Assembly: GCA_904063045.1 (NCBI GenBank)
Contig: CAJFCJ010000019.1
Coordinates: 1,999,700-2,063,699 of the forward strand
DNA: 64,000 nt
From: Dimorphilus gyrociliatus
Taxonomy: Eukaryota; Animalia; Annelida
Direction of reading: 5' to 3'
Positions 37,520-51,728 of the stretch are shown one piece after another; within the stretch, counting starts at the first letter, position 1, and every line of letters begins with the position of its first letter. The position numbers were made by a program, and so were the translations under genes. The notes below the pieces were generated by a model. The model was not told the DNA's origin. It worked only from the letters and a program-made list of their open reading frames with translations, and ran no database searches.

Positions 37520-40500
37520 CTATTTCCACTGGGACCAATTTTGCTCGCATTGATTCCAAGTGGTGGGGACCACGTAAGAGGTGACGTCCGCTGGATGCCA
37601 GTCTGTCCAGGTTTGGGCGAGCGTCGTTGAGGGAGGCTGCTGTGGTACAGGAACAGAAGCGACAGGTGATTGCTGGCGGTGGGCTCTCTCCGTTCCAATC
37701 GGCATGGGCAATTTGCGTTCTTTGCCAATATAATTTTCTATTACAAAAAATACGCAATCAGCGCATAAAATATTATATAGTAACCTTGATTTTTAAAATA
37801 AATACCTGTAACGGCAGTTTCGCCCATAGTCATTCTTCCAGTTTCAACAAATATTGGCTCCCTAACATTATTCCATGCTGTACCAAAATCAGGGTTAACG
37901 AACCGACTTGTTGTAATTCCAGAGCCATATGCCGTCGTAGCCGGTGGCGGAACAACAATTGGACTGTAAGTTCCGCTACCTAAGAATGCATTTTCATAGG
38001 TCGACTGTGGATGTACTTGTACTTGCGGCAGACCCTCAGCAGCAACTTCAGCAAATTTCTTCCTTTGCTCATGGTCATCTTCGCATGGCTTCTTTTCCAA
38101 AATTTCTGACACATTCGAAAGACGATGCTGAAACGGCGAAAAGTGCATCGATGTGGTCGGCGGTGGAGTGCACCAAGTGGAAGAAGTGGTAATAGGCGAC
38201 GAAGTTGGAGCAACGCCACTGCTAGGAGTCGCCTGATAAGATGGTATTGGAGTCACAGAATCAGTGGTCATCATCTCTCCTAGATTCCAGGCAGGAGCCG
38301 AGGAAATTGATTTAGGAGTTTTAGGTGTCTTTGTTTTAGACGAAGCTGATTTAGGCAGGGAATTAGAAGTACTAGTCAACGGATTGCTAGTTGGTGTTCC
38401 AGAGACACTTGTAGGCGTTCCATTTAATATTGAAGAAGGTAATTCGACTATAGGAACTTTAATTTTTTGTGCCGACAAATGCTCCAAATCCTTTGAAGGA
38501 TCATGGATAAGCTGCTCAATTAAATGTTGTGCGTCTCGTATGTTCTCTGCTGAGCCCTTTATTGTTATCATGCGATCAACGCATCCTGCCTTCTGCTTCT
38601 CTACTTCTATATGAGCGCCTGACAACTCTCTAATAGCATTAATGTTGCAACCTCCACGCCCAATAACCCGACTAATACAGGATGAGGCAACCTTCACCTT
38701 TTTGGCTCTTGTGCTCTGTGGTTTCCGAGTGACCTCCTTCCAGCCTTCATCTCGTTTTACTGACCTCTTCGGACTAGCAATCGACATTTTCTCTGGTGTC
38801 TTCAGGGGTTTTCTCGTTGTCGTATATGTTACAGCCGTCGAGGCCGCCAAGTTCGATGACGAAGATAACAATTGGACCAATGGAGAGGATACTGTTAAAA
38901 GAGATGATACTACTGAAGTTACAGCACTTTCACAAGTCACATGTTTTGCCCTTTTTGATCTAATATTATTAGCTCGCCTGGAAGAAGGGGAAGGTGTAAT
39001 TGGAACTGCTCCGTTCTCTATCGAACCATTCATTTTACTCGTATTGTTATGTAAAGGGGTAGTTGTCGTTTTAATAGGACCAACCGTTGAAACAGTAGTT
39101 GCTTCTGGTATCTGTTCAACAAGGACTAAAGATATCGCTCGACCATTTTCGACTATTTTTCTCGGCGGCTCAGGAGATGATATCTTAACAAACTTTTCTT
39201 CATCGTCTTTTGCATCTGGCGTGTCTTTGTCGGATTTTCCCTTCTTTTTAGCCTTTCTTTTTTCCCGCTTACGTTTCGCTGTCTCCTTCTTGTTGGCTTC
39301 GTGCTTCTTTTCCAAATCCAATTGCTCTAAAAGCATAACAGCATTTTTGTTAGCCTCTTGTGCTTGACGTTCCTTTGCTGCAATTATTATTTCCATACAC
39401 TGTCGACATTTTTTAAGTTTTTCTTCTTCTTGAGGTGTAGCTGGATTTTGAGTGGCAATAAACCTTTCGCATTCCTGGTCAAGAGGAAATTGCTGAACAT
39501 GTTTAACAAGCCACTTAACGACCTTTACATGACCGTTCCTAAAAGCTGCCATTAAACAAGAAACTTTTCGATTATCTCGACTGTCAACATCTGCATATCG
39601 GTTGACTAAAAGTTGAACGACATCTAAATGACCACCGTGGCATGCTAACCACAATGGAGAATTGCCTTTCTTGTTTTTCACCTCAATTGTCGCACTCCTA
39701 TCAAGAAGAAGCTCAACAAATCTGCAATGGCCCTTGTCAGCAGCGATAGTTAAAGCTGTATCTCTCGATGAGGGGACTGGAGAGGCGTTTACGTCAGCTC
39801 CGTGATCGAGTAAAACCTGTCCAACTTCAACATAACCACCCGATGCAGCCTCCATAAGAGGTGTTAGACCAGTCTTTGCTCGATGTTCTATATTAGCTTT
39901 TCGCTCCACCAGTAATTTTACTACTTCATGTCTACCTTGGAAGCAGGCTAGTGTTAATGCAGTATTGCGGTTTGTCTCTATCTGTGCGTTAATATCTGAT
40001 CCCATTTCCAAAAGTAATTTCACTGCTGCTGTGTGTCCGTTCATCGCAGCAAGCATTAATGGTGAAATACCTAATTTTGAACCAGTCCTCGAATTGATTT
40101 CGGCTCCATGAGAGAGAAGTAGTCGTATAATATTTACGTAACCTCCCGAAGCAGCCAAACTAAGTGGTGTATAATCCGAAACATTTCGGTGCTCTTTATT
40201 AGCGCCTTTTGACAAAAGGTATTCTACAACTTCCATTCGTCCTCCAGAGCAAGCTAAACTGAGGGGTGTGTCTTTTGTTCGCTCACTTTGGGCTTCCATA
40301 TCTGCTCCATGGTTATTTAGGATGTCAACCACTTCAGCATGTCCTGCAGTTGCAGCCAGTATTAAGGGAGTAAATCCCTTCTTATCTTTATGCTCTATAT
40401 TAGCTCCTCTCTGCAGAAGTAGCTTAACCAATTCACTATGACCTCCGGCACAAGCCAGAGTAAGGGCTGTATCATGGTTGCTTTCAGTTTGGGCATCAAC

Positions 40501-43500
40501 GTCTATTTTTGGGGTAACAGATTGACTTGTCGTAGATGCAGGTGCGACTATAGCGGGTACCGGCTCTTCTGAAGGTTCTGGTTCAATTATCTGCGCGTGT
40601 TTTTTCTTCTGCTTCTTGGCATGAGGCAGGTCCGAGCAAGTCGGTGGCACCCCATGAATGTGCTGCTTTTTTGCACTGGTAGGAAGAACAGTCTGAGTTG
40701 AAGAAGAGGCCATGTTGGTATTAGTAGGCGACGATTGCAAGTTTTGATGTTGCATAGTCAACTGCATTAGTCGATTTATGTATTTTAATCTGTCCTCTAA
40801 CGCTTCTATTTGCGAATGAACGTCATCCAGTTGTGTGACGTGGTCTGTGCTATCTACTTGTTGTCTAACCAGAGCTTGGTGATGTCTAGCAGTTTGCAGT
40901 TGTTGTTGCAGGAGCATTGACTGTTGAATAAGTTGCTGTTGGGCGTGAGGATGTTTGAATATTTCTGAATCGGGCTTAGTTAGGTCAGATGGTAAAGGTG
41001 TAATTACAGGAGCTTGTTCATTTTGCTGTAACCATTTTTCCAACAATTCTCTGTTCTCGTTATCCTTCATACGTTCGACAAATTCTTTCATGGCTCGTTG
41101 ATGTTCCTGTGCACATTCAGCTTGACTTTCTATCAAATCCGGCGGTAGTATACGGACTCCATCGTCTTTCCGTAATATTTTTTCTATTTCCGCTTGATCA
41201 CAGTTTTCCTGTATAATTTTATATTCATCTTCCATTTTTAGAGAATCAGTTAAATTTTGCAGTTGGCGTACTAAACATTGAATATTTGAGTCGCTAGGAT
41301 CTTGTGATTTTAACAAATCGCTTAATGCTTTCTTTCTTTCCGCATGAGTTTCGTTCAGCTCAATAGTTTTTATCAGATTACTCAATAGATCTTCTACGTC
41401 CATTTGGGGATTTTCACCGTTTGGATAATTTGTAACTGCTGCTTTCATGGCTGCCTGTAAATCGAAATCAGGAACTGGTGTGCTTGGAGGAGGTGGAGGG
41501 TGTTTTCGTTGTGCTCGAAGAACATTTCTAACGACGGCTGCTTTGGGGGTTTGATCAGCAGAAGGTGATGTATCTTGAGGTGTGGGGGCCGGGACAATAT
41601 TCCTTAATCCTTGGACGGGCACTCTAGACGAATCATTAAGTACATCGACATTGTTCGTCGGAGGCGATGGACAATCCAATAAGATGTTAACAATGGAAGT
41701 ATGACCACCTTTTGCTGCTTCAATTAGCATAGTTGATCCATCTTTGAGTTTATGATGAGGATCGGCTCCATGCGATAAGAGAAATTGAACAACATCTACA
41801 TGCCCGCCTGCGCAGGCCAAGGATAAAACTGTATGATCGTTATTTGACGTAGATCTATTGACGTCGGCACCCTCTTTGACCAGAAATTCTACAGTTGATA
41901 AATGTCCGGAACGAGCAGCCTTCATTAGAGGAGTTCTGCCACCTTCAGATTCATGTTCTAATTTAGCATTACGACTAACTAACAACTGTGCAACTGCAGT
42001 ATGACCGTTCTCACATGCATAAGTAAGAGCTGTATCTCCAGTACTAGTTTCATGGTGCACATTAGCGCTGGCATTTAATAAAAATTCTACAAGTTGCAGA
42101 TGACCCTCTTGTGATGCCTCCATTAAGGGAGTGCTACATCCTAACTCTAGATCAGCTCCAGCTGTAATGAGAAAATTTGCAACATTCAAGAAGCCACCGC
42201 AACAAGATAGTGTCAAAGCTGTTTCTTGTGTTTCTTCGGTCTGGGCGTTTATTTTGGCTCCATAACTTAATAAAAGAGCTACCATTTCCTCGTGTCCCTC
42301 TCTTGCTGCCTCCATTAAAGGTGTATATCCTTCATCGTTAACCTCTTCCAAATTAGCCCCTCTTTCTATTAAAACCATTGCTAAATCTGTATGACCACCA
42401 CAAGCTGCTAATGTAAGAGGTGATTCAAAACTTTCGGCAGGCATATTGACTTGGGCTCCACTATCTAATAATAATTTTGCCACTTCTACATGACCATCCA
42501 TGGACGCTTCCATTAAAGCTGTATGCATTTCATCTGTTTTGTGCTCTTGATCAGCACCTGCACTTAAGAGAAATTTAACCATTTCTAAATGTCCCTTATA
42601 ACAAGCTAGAGTTAAGGCGCTTTCTTTAAATTCATTAGAATGGGTATTTATTCCTGCTCCGTAATCTAAAAGTAGTTTTGAAACAGGAACGTGACCGGCT
42701 GATGCAGCTTCCATAAGAGGAGTATGTCCATTTTCATTTTGTTCTTCGACGTTGGCACCAGCTTCAACGAGAACTTTAACTACGTCTACATGACCGGCGC
42801 ATGCAGCATAATGCAGAGCTGTATTTCCATTAACGGAGGAACCATTTGATGGTGATGTATTGCTTGATGATTGTGCATTGACATCAGCGCCATGCTTGAG
42901 AAGAAGTTGAACGCAGTCGGCATGCCCATGGACAGCTGCTTCGAATAGGGCAACAGGACTCTTCATCTTAACTTTTCCAACTTCTAACAATTCTTTAACT
43001 AAATTAGTATAACCTGTAGCGCAAGCAACGCTGAGGAAGTTGTCACTATCATTCAGTGCATTCAACAAATGTTTCATGTACTTGGTTTTGTGAGCACCTT
43101 CTGATTTCAGTTGCTTTGTTCTATATATATAAAAAAAAATTTTCGACTATACATACAATTTCTAAGTATATCAACTTACAGTATTCGCCGGAACAAACTT
43201 TTTACATCTAGGCTTTCTTGCGGTGGACTGTAATATTAGCTATTTTTTATAATTAATAGTTTAAAAAATGAGATACAAGTACCTTCCAGGAGATGATTCA
43301 TTCCTCGGATTTGAATTCAGACTAGCTGTTGCTTCGTCTAAAGCAAAATTCATGGTATCCGTCAAGCACTTTATCACTTTTTCATCTTTAAAATCGGTTT
43401 CATCGTCGACACCTATTTCCAAGTGCGTTTTAACGTACTTTTGCTTATTAAAAACATTATACATACCAGCTGCATTTAGTAACTCTGTTAAATGTTGCTG

Positions 43501-43992
43501 AGTTTCTTCGTCAATCATATCGGGATCGCAAAGGAATTGACTCTCGACATCCTCATCTCCGTAATAACACTCATCTTCTTCGTCGTCGTCGCTGGCTTCG
43601 TCTCCTGTCAAGTCTTCATCGATCTGCGTGCAACAGTCCAAAGTGTTAATGAACAAATTTTGACGATTTTTTTAACTAAATTTTAGCTATGAAAGTATAC
43701 AACACGAAGGTTGTCACATAAAAGTAAACAAGCAACTATAAGTTCTTGAATTTAAGTGCGAGACAGAAATGCCTCGTGACCTTCATTTTTCGATAATTTT
43801 TGACATCAAATCTCAACTACTCACGTCAGAATCCTCTACTTCAGACACATCCGAAGGTAAGCTGGACGTGTTAGGGTTTGATAATGTATCCTTATTCTGA
43901 TCGTTTTCTTGATAGCATGACGGCACTTCATTCGCCGCGTTTTGGTCGTCTTTTGACGAGTTCAATTCGGCTATACCGCATTCAGTCGACAT
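37520..43992 (-). CDS. ANKHD1: MASK / ANKHD1-ANKRD17 ankyrin repeat and KH domain protein; contains one ~5.3 kb exon
   Basis: Two ankyrin arrays (NENGHTPLMEAASAGH..., ESNHDTALTLACAGGH...); KH motif SRVIGRGGCNINAIRELSGAHIEV; C-terminal PIGTERA; ATG MSTECG at 43992. Confidence 0.96.
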
Positions 43993-44929
43993 TTTGGGAG
44001 GGGTGAATACGTTTAATAGTTATAGTGTGGAAAAAAATCCGTAAACTGTCTGAATTTCGGATAAAAATTACGCAAACTTAGCTCATTACTCGCCAGCTTA
44101 GGCCGCCATTTTGTATGAGCTAACTAAATCACAGATGGTGTACCGCCCAGGTTTTTACAGCATTGCTTTTAAAACTACGTATACTTTCTATTAATTTGTC
44201 TTTAAAATAGCTTTTTGTTGTTTTCCCTCTAATTAATTTTTAAGCCTAAATTATTTTATTTGTTAGTTTACTTAAATATCATTTGGCTTTGATTAACTGA
44301 ACGCAAAGGTTTTTTTTAAATTTATTGTAGATCAAACCTCCTAAATGAAAGATACCTTTGTGCAGGAATAGCCATCGAATAAATGCAATTATATTCAATA
44401 TTTACAATCCAAAAAGAGTTAACCACTTTTCAGATATAAACCTAAATCATACATTTCAGTTTGGAGAATGAAAAAGTTCTTTTAAGCAGCTATGAATTGA
44501 AAAAAATATCTAATTTGATAAATATTTGTAATAGTTCATCATCTATTTGAATTTTGGATTAAATTTTTTAGTTTTCAAATAGTTTTTGAAATCAATTCTA
44601 TCAGTGGTATTCATATTTTTTTCAACATCAGCTAATATAGTAAAAAGTTTAAAATTAATATTTTTCTACAGTTGATAAAATTATACTTGAACATTTATGA
44701 CAGTCTATATATTTATTTAAGAACCAATAATGCACCAATTATTGACCCTCGACCTGGTCATATGAGGAAAACATATGCCGCGCACGTTCTAGTGAGTCCA
44801 GACCAGGCGGAATTTCCGCTATGAGAAAACACGTTTATTCGTTAATCGAAACTCAAGTGCCTGATCGAAATGAATAAGCGATAAACACTGCATCGATCTA
44901 TTGGCTCAAAAACAATTGATTCGTTTCGA

Positions 44930-47697
44930 ATGAATAAAATTGATAGTTCTCCAAAAGGTTCTTTTGGCTGTCTTTTAAGGGTAAAGGCAAAATCGTCCAA
45001 TACAACGCCCAGATCCTCTGACGGTTCCCTAATGGATCATCCATTACCAGAAATCGATCCACTAGAAGCTGCAATTCTATCTAACAATCGACGATCCTCT
45101 AGCTCAAAAGATCCTAGTCCAGCGCTACCGAGAAATTGTCTTAATTTACAAGCCAAACCTGTGGTAAATTGTTTAAGACAAAGCGGAAGTAACCTAATAA
45201 ATCATTTTTCTGTTCTGAAATTCACAGAACGAAACGAATCGGTCCCTACCTAGCAGTCCCAAGGAGGCAAAGAATTTTGTTTTATCTGATTTTGCGAGAA
45301 ACGCTATAGATAATGGAGAAACCAGTAGCGAGGATGAGATACAAACTGTGCGGTCAAATGAAAGAAAGTGCGTGCGTAATTCTTCGCTAAGATCTTCTCC
45401 AGATCACCATAACAAAGAGGTTTCTATCGCTAAGATTACTATGTATACTATTTTTCTAAATCAACAATCGATTTTAGGATATACCTATAATATTTGTGGA
45501 ATCTCCCAGTAAACGTCTGTTTTGCAATTTATGTGGGAACGTGTTCACTGAACCAGTTATTGTATCCTGCGGGGTAAGGAGACTTTAACCACACTAAAAT
45601 TATCTTTTTATTACTGACCCACCTTCTATTCAGCATACGTTTTGCAAAGATTGTGTAGAGACGAAATCAAACGGTGCGTGTTGAATTTCTCTTGAGTATT
45701 CAAAACGAATGTACAACCATATTGAGAGACATGTTAAATTTAATAGAGTCGCAGTTAACTATATAGCTATTTGATTATTTCTCATATGTTTTAATTAACA
45801 GAAAATTGTCCAGTTGATTCTACACAACTAGAAGTCGTAGCAAAGAATTTAACAGTTGCAGAACAGATCGGAGAACTTTTAATTAGATGTCGCTACGGAT
45901 GCCTAAAAGACGCAAGCAATCGTTGGGATATTGATAATCAGGGTTGCCTCTTTACAGTTCGTCTTATAGCCAGAAAGTGAGTCTATATATTTACTAGCCA
46001 CCTAAAAATACTAAACTCTTTGTACTAATTAAGCGAACACGAAGATAACTGTGTATTTCGCCCAATAAATTGTCCAAATAATCCGAATTGTCCCCTTATC
46101 CTTAAAAAGGATCTCGATGAACACTTGCGAAATTGTGAATATGCTGAATGTCCTCATAAGAAATATGGGTGGGTAATAAATATCTCAATATATAGCTTGT
46201 GAATCATTAATTGAATGAGTATATCTATATATAGGTGCAAGTTCTGTGGTACTGCTACTGAATTAGCGGCTCATATGGCTAATTGCCAATTCGAAAGTGT
46301 TAAGGACTACCTTAGAGTCGTAGATGAGCGAATTAATGAATTACAGGTGTTTATTTTAATAGTTGCACTATGAAGAATTATTTATTCTTACCTGTTAATA
46401 AATTTAAACAGAATCAAGTGTCAAATAGAGAGAACGAAATTGAATTTCTACACTCTATGTTGGGTAAAGTTTGCGAAAGAATGGATACTTTCGAAAACAC
46501 TTTGAAAACCTATGTAGAATTATCTAATGAGAAATCTGATGAAGTTGTAAAAGCAATGAAACGTCAAGACCAACAGTTGAATAATTTAGACGTCTGTAAA
46601 AATTATAACATGTCGTCGTGTTAAATACTAATTATTCTTTATTTCTGCTTATTGATTTTTATAGAAAGACGTTTACAATGTCATGGAAAAACTTAATCAA
46701 GGTCTAAATGCCACATTCGATCCTCTGCAAGTTATTAAATGTAAAGGAACTTTGGTTGGGCATAATGGACCGGTTTGGTGTCTTTACGTTCATCAGGAGC
46801 TACTCTTTAGTGGATCCTCTGATAAAACAATCAAAGTATGGGATACTAGTGTTATTAACTACAAGTGCATTTCAACTCTAGCTGGGCATGAAGGAATTGT
46901 TTTGGCAGTTTGCGTTTGTTCGAATAAACTATATAGTGGCTCCCAAGATTATAATATTATATCTTGGGATTTAAATAATCTTGAATTACAACAAATTATA
47001 CCTGCACACGATGATGCAGTATGTACTCTTGCTGCTGTTGATAATCGTCTGTTCAGTGGTTCATTGAAAGAAATACGAGTAAGCTCTGATTGTAATCAAG
47101 TTTTGCGGTTGAATACTATTTAAAATGTGTATTTTGCAGGAGTGGGATGCTAGCACAAATCAATTGCGCAGAGTTAACAAATTAACTGGACTTGATCATT
47201 GGGTGAGAGCATTGGTTGCGAATCATTCGTTCCTTTACGCAGGATCCTACGACACAATTAAAGTTTGGAACTTGAGTAATATGGAATGCGTTCTCTCAAT
47301 TTACGTGCCCAGTGGTAGTATTTATAGCTTAGCTATAACAGACACGTATATCTTATGTGGAACAAACGAGAAAGATATTCACGTTTGGGAAAGAAAATGC
47401 GGAACTTTTGTACAATCTCTAAAAGGTCACACAGGAACTGTCAACAACTTGGCTGTCGTACACATGTCATCGGGGATGAAGGTTATCAGTGCCTCTTACG
47501 ATCAGTGTTTAAGAGTGAGTATAATATCTACGGTGTGTGTAAAGTACTAATGTCTTTCCATTTAGGTGTGGAGTCTTGATAACCTTATTTGTACTCAAAC
47601 TCTTGCACGACATCAAGGAAGCGTTGCTTGTTTGGCTGTATCTAGAGGTCGTGTATTCTCCGGGGCAGTTGACGGTCAAGTGAAAGTCTGGCAGTAA
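44930..47697 (+). CDS. TRAF7: TRAF7 (RING, TRAF-type zinc finger, coiled coil, WD40)
   Basis: [26 protein letters not shown]; [22 protein letters not shown]; ending [17 protein letters not shown]. Confidence 0.92.
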
Positions 47698-47774
47698 AGA
47701 GAACTGAATATTTTTTATTTCTTTTCGTAAAGTTTACACTGTTTATATCTAAAAAGCGATTAAAAGCCTTTAAA

Positions 47775-48294
47775 CTAATATTCTTGACTTTGGCTTGACG
47801 GATTGGCGCTACTGCCAGTTTTCTTTGGCAAAAGAACAGACTGAATGTTTGGCAGGACCCCTCCTTGAGCAATAGTTACGCCCGACAGTAGAACATTCAA
47901 TTCTTCGTCGTTGCGAATAGCTAGCTGCAAATGACGGGGAACAATACGAGATTTCTTATTATCACGAGCAGCATTTCCCGCCAACTCTAGCACTTCCGCA
48001 GCCAGATACTCCATGACTGCTGCCATGTAGACCGGAGCTCTAAAGTAATTAGTGATTTGTATGAAATTAGCAGTGCGATAATTATTTAACACACTAACCC
48101 TGCTCCGACTCTCTCGGCATAGTTACCTTTGCGTAGAAGTCTAGAAAATATACAGTAAAACTGTTAGTTTGATGTACCGACTAAGTTTTTTCATCAAACC
48201 TGTGAATTCTACCGACTGGAAACTGTAAACCAGCACGATTAGATCTCGATTTTGACTTTTGTTTTGCCTTTCCTCCTTTACCGCGACCAGACAT
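47775..48294 (-). CDS. H2AX: Histone H2A.X with two introns; exons 48294-48200, 48140-48099, 48039-47775
   Basis: [11 protein letters not shown]...[43 protein letters not shown]... with the C-terminal SQEY motif that defines H2A.X. Confidence 0.95.
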
Positions 48295-48352
48295 TGTTGT
48301 TTGAGTCAAAAAATTGGGCTTTTACTTGAGAAAAGTAGAGAAATATGGCCGA

Positions 48353-48387
48353 TTTCGCGCTCTTAGTAGTCTACAAATCTGTCCAAT
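48353..48387. promoter_or_regulatory. Candidate E2F site (TTTCGCGC, 48353-48360) and CCAAT box (48383-48387) upstream of H2A.X
   Basis: Exact consensus matches 60-95 nt upstream of the ATG; function not shown. Confidence 0.45.
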
Positions 48388-49560
48388 CACCTTCTACTTT
48401 ACTTTCAATATTTCGTAAGACATGACAACTGGTTCGCTTTGACATATGCTAACAATTTTTTTACGAGGAATTACCAACCAGGCTAACATAAAAAAAACTT
48501 TTCAATACCGCAGGACCTTATATAAAGTATAATAAAGTATTTTTATACTGTTAATAACTTTCGTAAAGTGTAAAACTACGCAATATAATGATTCGATCAA
48601 ACGAAATGAAAACTAGCAATAAATTTTCACAATTTAGACATTCTGACTTTTAGAAAGTTCATTAGGGGTGAAGAAGTCATACAGATTGCTGTTTTTCTTT
48701 AAATTTTTTAAAGTAAATGTCAGGTCAAAGAGAAGATTTTAATGTGAATATGAGCATATAATAACATTTTAACATTATTAACCTATTTATAAGAGATCAT
48801 TGAGGATATGTTGTTTTTTAATTTTTCCTTGTATACAGTATATAAAGAAGAAGAAATCTCACACAAGCGCTCGAAGAATCTTATTTTTTTCCTTAAATTG
48901 AAATCTTTCATTTTCCCTCATATTTTCCTTTTCCAATCAATAATAAAGAATAAAATACTATTATTGAACATATTTATTAAACATTTCTTTATTTAATACC
49001 AACGGAAAAAAATACAATTTAATCTGCTTTCTGCTAAATGAATATTTAAAGATTTATCTCGTTTCCCAGAATAAATATCTCAATAATCTGAATATTTAAT
49101 ATAAATAAAAACAGACTTAGGAAAATTTTTTATTTTTAGAGTACGTAGAATGCTCATACGTGGAAAATTCTGTTGTTGCATAATATTGTAAAGAAAGTTT
49201 CATTTCTCCTATTGGTATTAATAAGTTCCATAAATTATGGAAATTAGATAGGTCAAGTTCAAAATTAAAAAGTTAGAAAAGGGAAAGTTTTTATCTTCTT
49301 CTCATAAGAAAATTTAAATTTCTTTAACTCATTAAATCTTGATGGAAAAATATCTGGGTCAAATGTTGCAATGTATTTTAGAAATGAAAATGAAAGTAAA
49401 AATTAAATTAGTATTTTGCGTATATTTAAACATTCTACGTTATATTATTTACAAAGCAAATTGAATCTGAAAATAGTAAGCAACAACAATAAATGAGTCA
49501 TTTAATCCAAAGAAATTTATTAATATTAAAAAAAGTAGAATCTGTCCAATGATCTTATAG

Positions 49561-51019
49561 ATCTCATATCAAGATAGACGGGAGTTCCCACGACTGGTTC
49601 GCTGCTGACCTATTATTTTCGAACAGTTTTCAGAAATTCTTAAGTATATCCAATCATCTATCTTAAAATGTTTCATCTACCTTCACACGTTGAAAAATAT
49701 AAAAGTTCGGTAAGTAAGACAAACTGAAAATTAATCATTTGAAAGGTAAAATGTTGATTTTCGCTGAATAGGAAAGCGAAAATACGCTTACTAAAGAACT
49801 GGATGATTTTGTCCAAGAATTTTTCAACGGACGCTCTGAACCAAAAAAAATCAAGGTGGAGACGTTGAGAAATGTTATACCAAAATTTCAGAAAAACTAT
49901 AGAGAGAGAAATAATTTTCCAAAAAGTAACAGTGTCTTGAATATTCAGGAATACTAAACAAATTTGTTTATTTATATAGAAAAGTCAAGCTGGGAAAATC
50001 CTCCACCTCCAGGTTGGCCAAGTGATATTCCCTACATAGATCCAAATAACCCAAAGAGTTCAAAAAAACCAAGAAAAGTAGACTTACAAAAGATAGTAGA
50101 AGTATTTGTTTCTGATTATCAAGTAATTAACAATAGTTTAATCTATTTTATTAATGAAATTGTATAATATAGCAATTTCTTTAACAAATAGACTTCGAAA
50201 CTACAGCAAATGTCCTACCATCCCGAAATCGATGCTCACGACTATGAATATAATTTTGAAAACAATTTTCTATATAATAATAACTTTGAAGAAGAAAATT
50301 CACTCTTCTTAACACATGATATGCATAACATTCAGGCGAAAGAACGATCAGAAACAATATCTGAATCGGATTTACTGTGGGATTCTAGCCAAAGAATTAA
50401 AATGAAAGTAAACATTATTGGTAGTATAAGCGACAGCTTACCAAAAGACGTTCAGCAGGAATTTCGTATGTATCTTTAATTTGAACAATTATAAATATTA
50501 TATTAAAGAACAAACTATTCAATAGAATACATTAAAGAAAGGAAAATTACGGATACGGTAGTTCGAAGCGAACTGGAACAGAAATTGGATGAAATAAAGA
50601 GGGAGCATCATGAAGAGATAAATAAAAGAATTCAAAGTCGGGAGCAAAAGGAAGAACTTGAAGTAAGTTTCTTAACTTCTTTTTCGTTTAATATAAACTT
50701 TTTATAATCAAGAAACAAACTATTGAGCTGCAGCTAGTAAGTGAATTTGTTGAGGATGCTAATCTACAGCTGTTGCTGGACGATTTGGAGTGTACTAATG
50801 ATTGTTTATTATACAGTGATGTATGTAATATTTATAGTAAATTCGACTATATTCTAATATCTTATCCATTAGTCAAATTTAGAAAACTGTACTCAGCAAA
50901 TGTATTCAAACGATGAAGGAAATGATAATCAATCGACTGCTAAGAGACATTGGCACATTGATTTCGATAATGACGATCAAAGGCATAGAAAAAAGATGAA
51001 ATATAATATTACAGTCTGA
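49561..51019 (+). CDS. Multi-exon gene with a divergent NRF1/EWG-type DNA-binding-domain-like segment; 5' exons unresolved
   Basis: Spliced exons read LRNVIPKFQKNY...SSWENPPPPGWPSDIPYIDPNN, similar to NRF1 LRAFIP...WWPEDIPW (recalled from memory); stop TGA at 51017-51019. Confidence 0.5.
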
Positions 51020-51655
51020 AGAAAAATTTGAGATAACAGCGATTATTCCTTTCGATGAGTCTCTTTCGGGTAGCCTATAGATTTCTATAAATCTAGCAAA
51101 CTATATTACTATTATTATTATCTAATATAGTTGAAGAACGTTTGTAATTTAACGAAATTTACACGTTTAACTCAAAATTTAAGATTATATTTGATCTAAA
51201 CAAAGATATATTATTTCATAATCACCGAAAAATCAATTCTGAATAGCAAAGAATTCTATTAATTTCTTATTGCTATTTAACAATATTTTGCTTACAAGTA
51301 GTTGCTATTCAATTGTTGTATTAATTCAGTGGTGACATCTATAATCTATTAACTTGATAGCGTCTTTTATGAATACAATCCTCTCTATATTTGTTAGAAG
51401 AAAGTCTTAAGTCTTTTTTTAACGGAAATCAAATAAAACCTTATTTGTTTGTTGTTGTCAAAAGAAACTTTTTCAGAATTATAATATTTGTTCATACTTA
51501 TATAAAAAGAGAAGCGAAGACTTTATCCATATAAAAGGGATAACAGTAAAACCTCTAATTAACAAGTTTAATTTGAATATTTTAAATTTATTTTTTTTAT
51601 TTAAATAATTAAAACACATCTTATATTTAAAAAAAACAATTATTAGACCACAAAA

Positions 51656-51728
51656 AGCCCCCGGGGAGGTTCGAACTCCCGACCCCTGGTTTACAAGACC
51701 AGTGCTCTAACCACTGAGCTACGGAGGC
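51656..51728 (-). tRNA. tRNA-Thr(UGU)
   Basis: GCCTCCGTAGCTCAGTGGTTAGAGCACTGGTCT-TGT-AAACCAGGGGTCGGGAGTTCGAACCTCCCCGGGGGCT. Full cloverleaf, A and B boxes, followed by a T-run terminator. Confidence 0.98.

Noticed and set aside
38264-39555. Plus-strand ORFs of 116, 241 and 65 aa
   Set aside because: Antisense shadows of the MASK giant exon; no independent homology.
44806-44820. Palindrome GCGGAATTTCCGC containing an NF-kB-like GGAATTTCC upstream of TRAF7
   Set aside because: A single short motif that cannot be distinguished from chance without functional data.
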